A DNA stretch of 64,000 bases from Squalus acanthias (Eukaryota). The notes under the pieces were generated by a model that did no database searches, was not told the DNA's origin, and saw nothing but the letters and a program-made list of their open reading frames with translations. The first letter of the stretch is position 1, and every line of letters starts with the position of its first letter. The translations under genes and the position numbers were made by a program. Positions 12,986 to 24,878 of this stretch are shown in pieces. The stretch covers positions 1,488,001 through 1,552,000 of the forward strand of contig CM059432.1 of assembly GCA_030390025.1 (NCBI GenBank), given 5' to 3'.

Positions 12986-13763
12986 CTTCCTCTCTTTTCC
13001 AAACGCTTTTGAGTGCCCCTCCCTAACCTGTTTTCCCTCTTTTTCTCTTCTGCTTAATGTCCGCCTTCTTTTAACGTGTTAAGGTGCTGCTCTGCACCTG
13101 AAGTATAGAAGTTGTTGTCCTTAAGTGTCTCATATATAAAACCCTTTATTCTCCCGGTTTGTGGAATTTTCCACTTTGTAATTCTGCTTTTAAAAGGTCT
13201 GAACATCATTTATTTCTGTTCCGCCCCTTCATGGAGAATTTAATTTTTTGCGCTCTCTCCCCTCCCCACCTCCAAAAAATTGCTATTCATACATCACTGG
13301 TGTACTTTCACCACTTTTTTTGACCACGCCCAATCTACATCCGCCTGCGTCCTTCCTCATACATCGCCTATCTCAATTTGGTATCAGCAAATTTTAATAT
13401 TCCCTTTATAACCACGTTCAAATCAATCTTCATTTTGCTTTCCAAAGAGCAACAGCTTCCTTAACTGCAGCTCAATGGGGAACGAGCTACCAGCAAGTTT
13501 TCTTATTCCTTTGAAAGAGCAAGCACATCCTTTGAAAAGACCAAGCACGAACGCTCTGCCAGGGCGGTCACATTCCACACGTGGTCCAGGCACGTGTGTA
13601 TGTTTCCACCCAGTTGTAACATGACCCCAGTTCCCTGCAGCGCACTGTGATGTAACAGACACAACAAGCTCACTACATGAAAGGTCGTCGGCCTGAAAAG
13701 TTAACTCGGTTTCTCTCCCCACAGATACTGCTGAGCATTTCCAGCATTTTCTGTTTCTATTTA

Positions 13764-14460
13764 AGCTCCTCTTCTTCTTGGGCAGTCCCTCGGAACCAAG
13801 GATGACTTGCTTCCACACTAAAAATGAGTTCTCAGGTGACTGATGAGTCCAATGCGGGACCTACAGTCTCTGTCACAGGTGGGGCAGACGGTGGTTGAAG
13901 GGGCGGGTGTGTGGGGTGCTTGGGTTGACGTGCGCTCCTTCCGCTGTTTGCGCTTGCTCCCGGCGAAGAGACTCAAGGTGTTCGGCGCCTTCCCGGATGC
14001 TTCTCCTCCACTTTGTGCGGTCTTGGGCCAGGGATTCCCAGGTGTCGGTGGGGATGCTGCACTTTTTCCAAGGAGGCTTTGAGGGTGTCCTTGAAGCATT
14101 TCCTCTGCCCACCTGGGGCTCTCTTGCCGTGTCGGAGCTCCGAGTAGAGCGCATGTTTTGGGAGTCTCGTATCGGGCATGCGTATGAAGTGGCCCGTCCA
14201 TCGCAGCTGATCGAGCGTGGTCAAAGCTTCGATGCCAGGGATGTTGGCCTGAGCGAGAACACGGACGTTGGTGCACTTATCCTGCCAATGGATTTGCAGG
14301 ATCTTGCAGAGGCAGCGTTGGTGGTACCTCTCCAGTGCTTTGAGGTGCCTGCTGTACATGGTCCGTGTCTCTGAAGCATACAGCAGGGCGGGTATCACTA
14401 CTGCTCTGTAGACCATGAGCTTGGTGCTGGGTTTGAGGTCCTGGTCTTCCAGGAAACACC
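13764..14460 (-). mobile_element. RTE-clade LINE 3' fragment
   Basis: YRAVVIPALLYASET...HQRCLCKILQIHWQD...QLRW.GH..RMPDTRLPK and terminal C2H2 CPTCDRDCRSRIGLISHLRTH; (GAA)n tail. Confidence 0.88.
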
Positions 14461-14949
14461 ATTTAAGCTCACTGTATCTGATCCCTCGCACACACTAGCA
14501 GCTAATGGGAACAGCTGAACCGAGCGTGCAATATCTTAATACGAAAATACATTTAGAAACCTCAGTACGAATGGAGGTATATTTATATCAAATACATTTG
14601 ATTACTGGGCATTTAAAACACACGTCATCAAGTTAAGAGTAAACAGGCTTTTTACGAGGGGGCGTTGAGGGTTACTGGACCAGGCAACAAAACCAAAAGC
14701 TCCATGGTCAATCCAGAATACAGACAAGTAAACTGAAACAGCAATAGCAGAAATTTGGAACAGAAACTGTGAAAGATACCTGCAGCATACGGATCAAAAA
14801 TGTTCTCAGGTCAAACTGATATTGAAAGAAGTGCCCGTGAAATCTAGTTATTGAAAACTGACACTGTAACTGACACAGATCGTGTTAAGCAGGTGTCCAC
14901 AGGGTTGGTCCAGGCCAAACTTCAGTCACCTTAAAAATATCCATACATA

Positions 14950-15900
14950 TATATAGGACCTGGATATTGGAATACAGAGTAGAATTTCTAAATTTGCCGA
15001 TGACGCCAAACTTGGGGGTGTGGCAAACAGTGAGGATGATACCAATCGACTGCAACAGGACATAGAAAGGCTAGCAGAATGGGCAGACAAGTGGCAGATG
15101 GAATTTAATACAGAGAAGTGTGAGGTGATGCATTTTGGCAGAAGGAACAGGGAGAGGCAATATACACTTTTTATGCACAGTTTTAAAAAGTGTGCAGGGA
15201 CAGAGGGACCTGGGAGTTAATGTGCATAGGTCCCTGAAGGTGGCGGGACATATTGAGAGTGGTTAACAAAGCATATGGGATCTTGGGCTTCATAAATACA
15301 GGTATTGAGTACAAAAGTAGAGAAGCTATGCTGAACCTTTATAAAGCGCTGGTTAGGCCACAACTGGAGTATTGTGTCCAGTTCTGGTCACCACACTTTC
15401 GGAAGGATGTGAAGGCACTTGAGAGGGTGCGGAGGAGATTTACCAGAATGGTTCCAGGGATGGGGGATCTTAGCTACAAGGACAGGTTGGAGAAGCTGGA
15501 TTTGTTTTCATTAGAGCAAAGGAGGTTGAGGGGTGATTTGATAAAGGTGTACAAGATTATGATGGGTTTGGATAGGCTAGACAGGGAAAGGCTGTTCACC
15601 AGTTGATGGTACAAGGACTAGGGGACACAGATTTAAGATTTTGGGCAAGAGATACAGGGGGGATGTGAGGAAAAACTTTTTTTTTTAACACAGCGAGTGG
15701 TGAGGACCTGGAATTCGACGGAAGTGGTTGAAACGGAGACACTCACTGTTTTCAAGGGGAGACTGGATAGGCACTTGAGGGAAATAAACTTGCAGGGCTA
15801 TGGGGATAGAGTGGGGGAATGGGACTGACTGGATTGCTCTAGAGAGCCAGCACAGACTTGATGGGCCAAATGGCCTCCTTCTGTGCCGTTATGACTCTAT
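14950..15900 (+). mobile_element. CR1 LINE 3' fragment
   Basis: FADD region through 3' end; same subfamily as 59094-59524. Confidence 0.88.
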
Positions 15901-16118
15901 GGCTCGATGTATGGGTGTCTTCCTCCATTAAGGAACAACAGTACAAAGATAAACTTCAAAACAAATCTCGGCAACAGAACAGCAATTCTATATGCAGGAC
16001 TTAGTCCCCCCCACACACTAAACTTTGACACCATCAGCCAAGAAAATAAAACACGATTATACTGCACCTACTTGTGTTAAAAATGCCAGCTTTTGAATAG
16101 TAGATTAACATTTTGAAT

Positions 16119-19100
16119 ACATAGAAACATAGAAAATAGGTACAGGAGTAGACCATTCGGTCCTTCGAGCCTGCACCGCCATTCAATGCGTTCATGGCTG
16201 AACATGCTACCTCAGTACCCCATTCCTGCTTTCTCGCCATACCCCTTGATCCCCCTAGTTGTGAGTGTTATATCTAACTCCCTTTTGAATATATTTAGCG
16301 AACTGGCCTCAACAACCTTCTGTGGAAGAGAATTCCATAGATTCACCACTCTCTGGGTGAAGAAGTTCCTCCTCAGCTCAGTCTTAAATGGCTTCCCCTT
16401 AATCCTTAGACTGTGACCCCTGGTTCTAGTTTTCCCTAACATTGGGAACATTCTGCCCGCATCTAATTTGTCTAAACCAGTCAGGATTTTAAATGTCTCT
16501 ATAAGATCCCCCCTCATTCTTCTGAACTCCAGAGGATACAAGTCCAGTTGACCCAATCTTTCTTGATATGTCAGTCCGGCCATCCCAGGAATCAATCTAG
16601 TGAACCTTCGCTGCACTCCCTCAATAGCAAGAATGTCCTTCCTTAAGTTAGGAGACCAAAACTGCGCACAATACTCCAGGTGTGGCCTCACCAAGGCCCT
16701 GTACAACTGTAGCATCACCTCCCTACTCCTGTACTCAAATCCCCTTGCTATGAAGGCCATCATTCCGTTTGCTTTCTTGACTGCCTGCTGCACTTGCATT
16801 CCCACCTTCAGTGACTGATGTACCATGACGCCCAGGTCTCGTTGCACCTCCCCTTTCCCTAATCTGCCACCATTCAGGTAATAGTCCGCCTCTCTATTTT
16901 TACCACCAAAGTGGATAACCTCACATTTATCCACATTGTACTTCATCTGCCATACATTTGCCCATTCACCCAACCTGTCCAAGTCACTCTGTAGCCTCCT
17001 AGCATCCTCCTCATTGTTCACACTGCCTCCCAATTTAGTGTCATCCGCAAATTTGGAGATATTACATTTAATCCCTTCGTCCAAATCATTAATATATAAT
17101 GTAAACAGCTGGGGTCCCAGCACCGAACCCTGCGGTACCCCGCTGGTCACTGCCTGCCATTCTGAAAAGTACCCATTTACTCCTACTCTTTGTTTCCTGT
17201 GTGCCAACCAGTTCTCAATCCACGTCAACACATTACCCCCAATCCCATGTGCTTTAACTTTGCTCACCAATCTCTTGTGTGGGACCTTGTCGAAGGCCTT
17301 CTGAAAGTCCAAATACACCACATCTACTGGTTCCCCCCTGTCCACCCTATTGGAAACATCCTCAAAAAATTCCAGAAGATTTGTCAAGCATGATTTCCCT
17401 TTCACAAATCCATGCTGACTTGGACCTATCATGTCGCCACTTTCCAAATGGTCTGTTATGACATCTTTAATAATTGCTTCCATCATTTTACCCACGACCG
17501 ATGTCAGGCTGACCGGTCTATAATTCCCTGCTTTCTCCCTCCCTCCTTTTTTAAAAAGAGGGGTTACATTGGCCACCCTCCACTCCATCGGAACTGATCC
17601 AGAGTCTAAGGAATGTTGGAAAATGATCGTCAATGCATCCACTATTTCCAAGGCCACCTCCTTAAGTACTCTGGGATGCAGACCATCAGGCCCCGGGGAT
17701 TTTTCAGCCTTCAGTCCCATCAATTTCCCCAATACCTTTTCCCGACTAATAAGGATTTCCCTCAGCTCCTCCCTCTTACCAGATCCTCTGACCCCTTTTA
17801 TTTCCGGCAGGTTGTGTGTGTCCTCCACAGTAAACACCGAACCAAAGTACTTGTTCAATTGATCTGCCATTTCCTTGTTCCCCATTACGACTTCCCCTGT
17901 TTCCGACTGCAGGGGACCTACGTTTGTTTTTACTAACCTCTTTCTTTTTACATATTTATAGAAGCTTTTGCAGTCCATTTTAATGTTCTCTGCAAGCTTC
18001 CTTTCATATTTTATTTTCCCTGCCCTAATCAAACCCTTCGTCCTCCTCTGCTGAGTTTTGAAGTTCTCCCAGTCCCCGGGTTTGCTGCTACTTCTGGCCA
18101 ATTTGTATGCAACTTCCTTGGTTTTAATACTATCCCTGATTTCCCTTGTTAGCCATGGTTGAGCCACCTTCCCTTTTTTATTTTTACGCCAGACCGGGAT
18201 GTACAATTGTTGTAGTTCATCCATGCGATCTCTAAATGTCTGCCATTGCCCTTCCACTGATAGCCCCTTAAATATCGCTTGCCAATTTAACCTCGCCAAT
18301 TCACGCCTCATACCATCAAAGTTGCCCTTATTTAAGTTCTGGACCATGGTCTCTGACTTAACTGTTTCCTTCTCCATCCTAATGTAGAACTCCACCATAC
18401 TATGGTCACTCTTCCCTAGGGGGCCTCGTACCACAAGATTGCTGATTAGTCCTTCCTCATTACACAACACCCAGTCCAGGATGGCCTCCCCTCGAGTTGG
18501 TTCCTCAACATATTGGTTTAGGAAACCATCCCTTAAACACTCCAGGAAATCCTCCTCCACCGTATTGCTTCCAGTTTGAGTAGCCCAATCTATATGCATA
18601 TTAAAGTCACCCATGATAACTGCCGTGCCTTTTTTGCACGCACCTCTGATTTCCTGTTTCATACCCTCCCCCACCTCACCACTGCTGTTTGGAGGTCTGT
18701 ACACAACTCCCACTAACGTTTTCTGCCCTTTGGTGTTCTGCAGCTCAACCCATATTGATTCCACATCCTCCAAGCTGATGTCCTTCCTAGCTATTGCATT
18801 AATCTCCTCTTTAACCAGCAATGCTACCCCACCCCCTTTTCCTTTTATTCTATCCTTTCTGAATGTTGAATACCCCTGGATGTTCAGTTCCCAGCCTTGA
18901 TTGTTCTGGAGCCACGTCTCTGTAATCCCAATCACATCGTATCCGTTAACATCTATTTGCACAGTCAATTCATCCACCTTATTACGGATACTCCTTGCAT
19001 TAAGACACAGAGCCTTTAGGCTTATTTTATTAACATCCTTTGTCCTTTTAGACTTATGATTTAGTATGGCCCTTTGTGTTTCTTGCCTTTGTTTACTCGG

Positions 19101-19585
19101 CCTTCCCCTATTGTTTCTCACCCTTCTAACATTTGTTTCTGACTGCATATTACTTCCCCCTGTTTCGCTACATAGGTTCCCCTTCCCCTGCCATATTAGT
19201 TTAAATCCTCCCGAACTGCTTTAGCAAATATTACCCCGAGGACATCGGTTCCAGTCCTGCCCAAGTGCAGACCGTCCCTTTTGTACAGGTCCCACTTCCC
19301 CCAGAACTGGTTCCAATGCCTCAGGAATTTGAATCCCTCCCTCCTGCACCACTGCTCAAGCCACGTATTCAATCTCACTATCCTGTTCTCTCTATTCTGA
19401 TTAGCTCGTGGCCCTGGTAGCAATCCAGAGATTACTACCTTAGAGGTCCTACTTTTTAATTTAGCTCCTAGCTCCCTAAATTCTGCTTGTAGGACCTCTT
19501 CCCGCTTTTTACCTATATCGTTGGTACCTACATGCACCAAGACAGCTGGTTGTTCACCCTCCCTCTTCAGAATGTTCTGCAGCCC
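16119..19585 (-). mobile_element. Young 5'-truncated CR1 (HER1-like) LINE with intact ORF2 and partial ORF1 esterase domain
   Basis: ORF2 as above; upstream ORF 19196-19540 (VHVGTNDIG...DGLHL) is the SGNH/GDSL esterase part of CR1 ORF1; 3' tail of TTTCTATG-type short repeats at about 16119. Confidence 0.92.
16212..19148 (-). CDS. CR1-clade LINE ORF2 (APE endonuclease + reverse transcriptase), intact
   Basis: 978-aa uninterrupted ORF with APE motifs (LNARSI, ITETWL, GDFN, SDH) and RT motifs ([35 protein letters not shown]). Confidence 0.95.
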   Translation of the reverse strand: MQSETNVRRVRNNRGRPSKQRQETQRAILNHKSKRTKDVNKISLKALCLNARSIRNKVDELTVQIDVNGYDVIGITETWLQNNQGWELNIQGYSTFRKDRIKGKGGGVALLVKEEINAIARKDISLEDVESIWVELQNTKGQKTLVGVVYRPPNSSGEVGEGMKQEIRGACKKGTAVIMGDFNMHIDWATQTGSNTVEEDFLECLRDGFLNQYVEEPTRGEAILDWVLCNEEGLISNLVVRGPLGKSDHSMVEFYIRMEKETVKSETMVQNLNKGNFDGMRRELARLNWQAIFKGLSVEGQWQTFRDRMDELQQLYIPVWRKNKKGKVAQPWLTREIRDSIKTKEVAYKLARSSSKPGDWENFKTQQRRTKGLIRAGKIKYERKLAENIKMDCKSFYKYVKRKRLVKTNVGPLQSETGEVVMGNKEMADQLNKYFGSVFTVEDTHNLPEIKGVRGSGKREELREILISREKVLGKLMGLKAEKSPGPDGLHPRVLKEVALEIVDALTIIFQHSLDSGSVPMEWRVANVTPLFKKGGREKAGNYRPVSLTSVVGKMMEAIIKDVITDHLESGDMIGPSQHGFVKGKSCLTNLLEFFEDVSNRVDRGEPVDVVYLDFQKAFDKVPHKRLVSKVKAHGIGGNVLTWIENWLAHRKQRVGVNGYFSEWQAVTSGVPQGSVLGPQLFTLYINDLDEGIKCNISKFADDTKLGGSVNNEEDARRLQSDLDRLGEWANVWQMKYNVDKCEVIHFGGKNREADYYLNGGRLGKGEVQRDLGVMVHQSLKVGMQVQQAVKKANGMMAFIARGFEYRSREVMLQLYRALVRPHLEYCAQFWSPNLRKDILAIEGVQRRFTRLIPGMAGLTYQERLGQLDLYPLEFRRMRGDLIETFKILTGLDKLDAGRMFPMLGKTRTRGHSLRIKGKPFKTELRRNFFTQRVVNLWNSLPQKVVEASSLNIFKRELDITLTTRGIKGYGEKAGMGY

Positions 19586-20084
19586 TATTTTGCCCTATTG
19601 GAAAGATTGAGATTTGAAGCCAAATCGTGCCCAACACAATGAATTAATAACTCAAAGCCTGAACCACTTTGCTACAGATTATTGCAATTCAGTGGTTGAA
19701 ATAATGCATGTACTTTATTCCCCAGATCAAATTTCAATATTCACAATCATCTCCCTGTAAATACAAGCTACTTTGCTTAACTGCGTACAGCACAACACAT
19801 TAAGGCCTAAAAATTCAACCACGCCCGGAAATGGGGGCGCACAGCACGCGCGCCTGTTAGCGTCGACTCAGGCAGCACGCAATATTCGTGCTACCTGCTG
19901 ATTATAACCTCTCAGGCCTGCTGCCAGCACTACCTGTGCTACTCATTGGCTGCACGCCGCTCAGCCTTGTGGGGGGGGGGGCGGGCTTGTTAACGGTGCG
20001 GTATTGCTCTAAAATAACTTCAGAAGACTGTTTGATAACATACTTAGTGCATAATTTGTCTAGAAATACTATTATTTCAACAGC

Positions 20085-20760
20085 AGCTTTTACGACCTCA
20101 GGACATCCCAAAGCGCTTTACAGCCAATGAAGTACTTTTTGAAGTGTGGTCACTGTTGCAATGTAGGAAACGTGGCAGCCAAATTGGGCACAGCAAGCTC
20201 CCACACACAGCAATGTGATAATGACCAGATAATCTGTTTTTGTGATGTTTATTGAGGGATAAATATTGGCCCCAGGACACCGGTGAGGACTCCCCTGCTC
20301 TTCTTCCAATGGTGCCATGGGATCTTTTACATCCACCTGAGGGGGCAGACAGGGCCTCGGTTTAAAGTCTCTTTCGAAAGACGGCACCGCCGACAGTGTG
20401 GCGCTCCCTCAGTACCGGCCCCCCCGACAGTACTGCCCCTCCAACAGTGCAGCACTCCCTCAGTACTGCCCCTCCTACAGTGCTGCCCTCCCTCAGTACT
20501 GACCCTCCGACAGTGCGGTGCGCCCTCAGTACTGCCCCTCCGACAGTGCAGCTCTCCCTCAGTACTGCCCCTCCGACAGTGCGGCGCTCCCGCAGTACTG
20601 TCCCTCCGACAGTGCGGCGCTCCCGCAGTACTGTCCCTCCGACAGTGCGGTGCTCCCTCAGCGCTGCACTGGAGTGTCAGCCTGGATTTGTGTGTTCAAG
20701 TCTCTGGAGTGGGACTTGAACCCATAACCTTCTGACTCAGAGGTGAGAGTGCTGCCCTCC
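20085..20760 (-). mobile_element. Deu-domain SINE with internal 33-bp tandem array
   Basis: tRNA-like head (GGTTCAAGTCCC B-box on the minus strand), Deu core, about 8 units of a 33-mer at about 20390-20670. Confidence 0.85.
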
Positions 20761-21865
20761 GGGCTGGCATGCGAAGACATAAATCCAACAAAGTGATTGC
20801 AGCTTTCTTTTCAATCCTGCTTAGGTTACTGTGTTTCTTGCTATTGAAATTCTAATGGGTGATATGTAAAATAAATTGATCCTTACAAAAAACTTGTGGC
20901 GCTACAGAGCTGTTTTGTGTCACATCAACATAAGATGAACAGTTAACTACGGCAAAGCCATTTTATGCATGATTTGTATTCTAGGGTCATACAATCATAT
21001 TGTGCTTTAAACTAAGTTTTTAAAATGGTGGGAAAGAGTGAACTCGACAATCATTTTTTGTATTTAAACTTTTGAATTTTCACTGGTTGTGGCAAGTCAA
21101 TGAGGAGAGCTTCAGGCAAGCACTTAGAGATGCAAATGCAGAGCTGCATGTTGTGATCGGAGCACGGAGGAAACGGTCAGTAAAACGGCATTGTTCACCA
21201 AGTGGCATTAGCGCCAAATCAGTACCTGCAACATAATAGCACGATGCAAATCATCGACACCACGGTGGTTCTGTTTAACGATGATTTATTTGATAACATC
21301 TAAAACATGCTGAAATTATTGATTTCAGCAACCAAATGAAAAATCCCAGAAAAAAAGAGAGAAACATAGAAAGAGATCTACACGAGTGCTAAATGCAGAA
21401 TCTGTAACCCAGCAATGGAGCAACAAATTAAATTACATCACATTAAAAACACAACTTCCCAGCTGCAGGAAAAGGCAATCTGAACTATCCCAGAGCCACA
21501 GACATCTGGTCAGTAAGTAAACCCGTCCCCTTTAGAACCAACACTTTGTTCAGCAGCATACTATTTTCTAATACCAATGAATACTAACAGAGCTTTTATT
21601 TATAATAAAATTCCATTAAACTATTTTCAGCCACTTCAGAAGGAAGATTTTTTCACTCAATTTCACACTAGTTCGCTATTAGTAAAGAATCACTTTGACA
21701 GCTGACATTATTAGGAACTACACACGATATTACTTATCTTGACGTATACTACCTGGACTTTCTGTCAGCTCCATTTGGCCATTTCAATGCTAAATAGATC
21801 CTCAATTTTATTCAAACAGAGGTGCAATAGTGGTAGACAACAGTTAACACTTACTATAGATTCAT

Positions 21866-22335
21866 GTCAGCCATGGCTCAGTGGGCAGCACTCTCGCCTC
21901 TGGGTCAGAAGGTTGTGGGTTCGAGTCCCACTCCAGAGACTTGAGCACAAAAATCCAGGCTGACACTCCCAGTGCAGTGCTGAGGGAGTGCTGCACTGTC
22001 GGAGGTGCCGTCTTTCAGAAAAGATGTTAAGCCGAGGCCCCGTCTGCGCTCTCAGGTGGACGTTAAAAATCCCATGGCACTATTTCGAAGAAGAGCAGGG
22101 GAGTTCTCCCAGGTGTCCTGGCCAATATTCATCCCTTAACCAACATCACGAACAGATTATCTGGTAATTATCACATTGCTGTTTGTGGGAGCTTGCTGTG
22201 CACAAATTGGCTGCCGGGTTTCCCACATTACAACAGTGACTACACTTCAAAAAGTACTTCATTGGCTGTAAAGTGCTTTGGGATGTCCTGAGGTCGTGAA
22301 AAGCGCGATAGAAATGCGAGTCTTTCTTTTTTTTT
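21866..22335 (+). mobile_element. Full-length tRNA-derived Deu-domain SINE (SacSINE1-like)
   Basis: A-box-like TGGCTCAGTGG, B-box GGTTCGAGTCCC, single copy of the 33-mer, Deu core, tail ending TCTTTCTTT. Confidence 0.85.
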
Positions 22336-23129
22336 AATAATTTGTATGTCCTGAATCATTGCTGAATAGATATCAGTGTGTTACAAGATCAATGGACTTC
22401 CAAGGAGTGGTCACAGGATGTAAAAGCAGTGAATAAGAAAAAGAAAGGAGGAAAGAAAGAACAATGGAAAGAACAAAATACCAAAACTGCATTTATATAG
22501 TGCTTTTCATAACCTCAAGACATCCCAAAGCGCCTTACTGCCAATGCGATACTTTAAAATGTCGCCACTGTTGTAACGTAGCAATGAGATAATGAGCAGA
22601 TAATCTACTTTTTTTTTTATAAATGGTGTTGGTTGAGGGATAAATATTGGCCAGGACGCCGGGGTAGAACTCGCCATCTCTTCTGCAAAATAGGGCCGCG
22701 GGATCTTTTATGTCCCCCCCTGTTGATGCACTGAGTATTGATTCATTCAAAGACAAGTTAAATCGATTTATTTCTGAAAACTATATTTTGCCACACAGAA
22801 CATGAGTAATTTGAGACATAACATAAAACAAGTGTAGCATGCCTGGGAGCAACAGGTAACTTTGGCCCTATGGTCCTGTAAGTATCCAAACCTCAAGTGA
22901 TTTTTCATCGTTGGAACAATTCCACATTTTTGCATTGAAAGTAATTCCCATTTAATATTTCTGGGTATAATAAAGCTGCAGTAGCTGATTCTAGATAAAC
23001 AAAGCAGGTTGATCTAGTACCTGATTGAGATCATATTGGTTCGAGCTAGAGATGCAACATTAAGTAGATTAACAGTTTAAATTTGATTTGGAATCCAACA
23101 TAAAATTATTTTCAGGACAGATTAACAAA

Positions 23130-23705
23130 GTAGTTAATAAAGCAGACGGGATCCTGGGCTTTATAAAGAGAGGCATCGAGTACAAAAGCCAGGATTGTGC
23201 TAAACCTTTATAAACACTAGTTCGGCCCCAGCTGGAGTCTTGTGTCCAATTCTGGGCACCGCACTTTAGGAAAGACGTGAAGGCTTTGGAGAGGGTGCAG
23301 AGGAGATTTACTAGAATGGTTCCAGGGATGAGGGACTTCAGTTACTTGGATAGACTGGAGAAGCTGGGGTTGTTCTCCTTGGAGCAGAGAAGGCTAAGAG
23401 GAGATTTGATGGAGGTGTTTAAAATCATGAAGGGTTTAGACAGAGTAGATAGAGAGAAACTGTTTCCAATGGCTGGAGGGTCGAGAACCAGAGGGCACAG
23501 ATTTAAGGTGATTGGCAAAAGAACCAGAGGCGACATGAGGGAAAAAAAAACTACGCAACGAGTGGTTAGGATTTGGAATGCGCTGCCTGATAGGGTGGTG
23601 GAGACAGATTCAATCGTAGCCTTCAAAAGGGAATTGGATAAATACTTGGAGAAAATTGCTGGGATATGGGGAAAGAGCGGGGGAGTGGGACTAACGGGAT
23701 TGCTC
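23130..23705 (+). mobile_element. CR1 3' fragment
   Basis: ORF 23277-23744 [15 protein letters not shown]... Confidence 0.85.
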
Positions 23706-24194
23706 TTCCCACCACGGCAGCTGGAGGAATTTAAATTCAGTTAATTGAATATAAATTTGGAATTAAAAAGCTAGTATCAGTAAAATGGTGACGATGAAAC
23801 TACCAGATTGTTGGAAAAACCCAACTGGTTCACTAATGTCCTTCAGAGAAGGAAATCTGCCATCCTTACCCGGTCTCGCCTATATGTGACTCCAGACCCA
23901 CAGCAATGTAAGAACATAAGAAATAGGAGCAGGAGTCGGCCATTCGGCCCCTCGAGCCTGCTCCGCCATTCAATAAGATCATGGCTGATCTTCCACCTCT
24001 ACTCCACTTTCCTGCCCGATCCCCATATCCGTTGATTCCCTTAATATCCAAAAATCTATCGATCTCTGTCTTGAATATACTCAACGATTGAGCCTCCACA
24101 GCCCTCTGGGACAGAGAATTCCAAAGATTCACCACCCTCTGAGTGAAGAAATTTCTCCTCATCTCAGTCCTATATGGCTGACTCCTTATTCTGA

Positions 24195-24360
24195 TGCGGA
24201 GATGCCGGTGTTGGACTGGGGTGGACAAAAGTGAGAAGTCGCACAACACCAGGTTATAGTCTAACAGCTTTATTTGAAATCACAAGCTTTCGGAGCAGCG
24301 CTCCGAAAGCTTGTGATTTCAAATAAAGCTGTTGGACTATAACCTGGTGTTGTGCGACTT
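24195..24360 (-). mobile_element. Penelope-like fold-back insertion (copy 2) nested in CR1
   Basis: TSD CTCCTTATTCTGA at 24182-24194 and 24361-24373; palindrome centred on GGAGCAGCGCTCC. Confidence 0.78.
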
Positions 24361-24645
24361 CTCCTTATTCTGAGACTGTGACCCCTGGTTCTAGACTCTC
24401 CAGCCAGGGAAAATATCCTCCCTGCATCTACCCTGCCAAGCCCTGTAAGAATTTTGTATGTTTCAATGAGATCACCTCTCATTCTTCTCAACGCCAGAGA
24501 ATATAGGCCTAGTCTACTCAATCTCTCCTCATAGGACAATTCCCCCCATCCCAGGAATCAGTCTGGTGAACCTTCGTTGCACTCCCTCTATGGCAAGTAT
24601 ATCCTTCCTTAGGTAAGGAGACCAAAACTGTACACAATACTCCAG

Positions 24646-24878
24646 GTGTGTGGAGTTTGCACATTCTCCCCGTGTCTGCGTGGGTTTCCTCCGGGTGCTC
24701 TGGTTACCTCCCACAGTCCAAAGATGTGCGGGTTAGGTTGATTTGGCTATGATAAATTGACCCTTAGTGTTAGGGGGATTAAATACGTGGGGTTACGGGG
24801 ATAGGGTGGGATATGTGTCGGTGCAGGCTCGATGGGCCGAAATGGCCTCTATCTGCACTGTGGGGATTCTGTGATTCT
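24646..24878 (+). mobile_element. V-domain SINE (HE1-like), 5'-truncated, nested in CR1
   Basis: GTGTGGAGTTTGCACATTCTCCCCGTGTCTGCGTGGGTTTCCTCCGGGTGCTC resembles the V-SINE core; CR1-type 3' tail (GGGCCGAAATGGCCT). Confidence 0.8.

Noticed and set aside
21866..21935. tRNA gene
   Set aside because: A/B-box-like sequence is the head of a SINE that continues into the Deu domain; no convincing cloverleaf.
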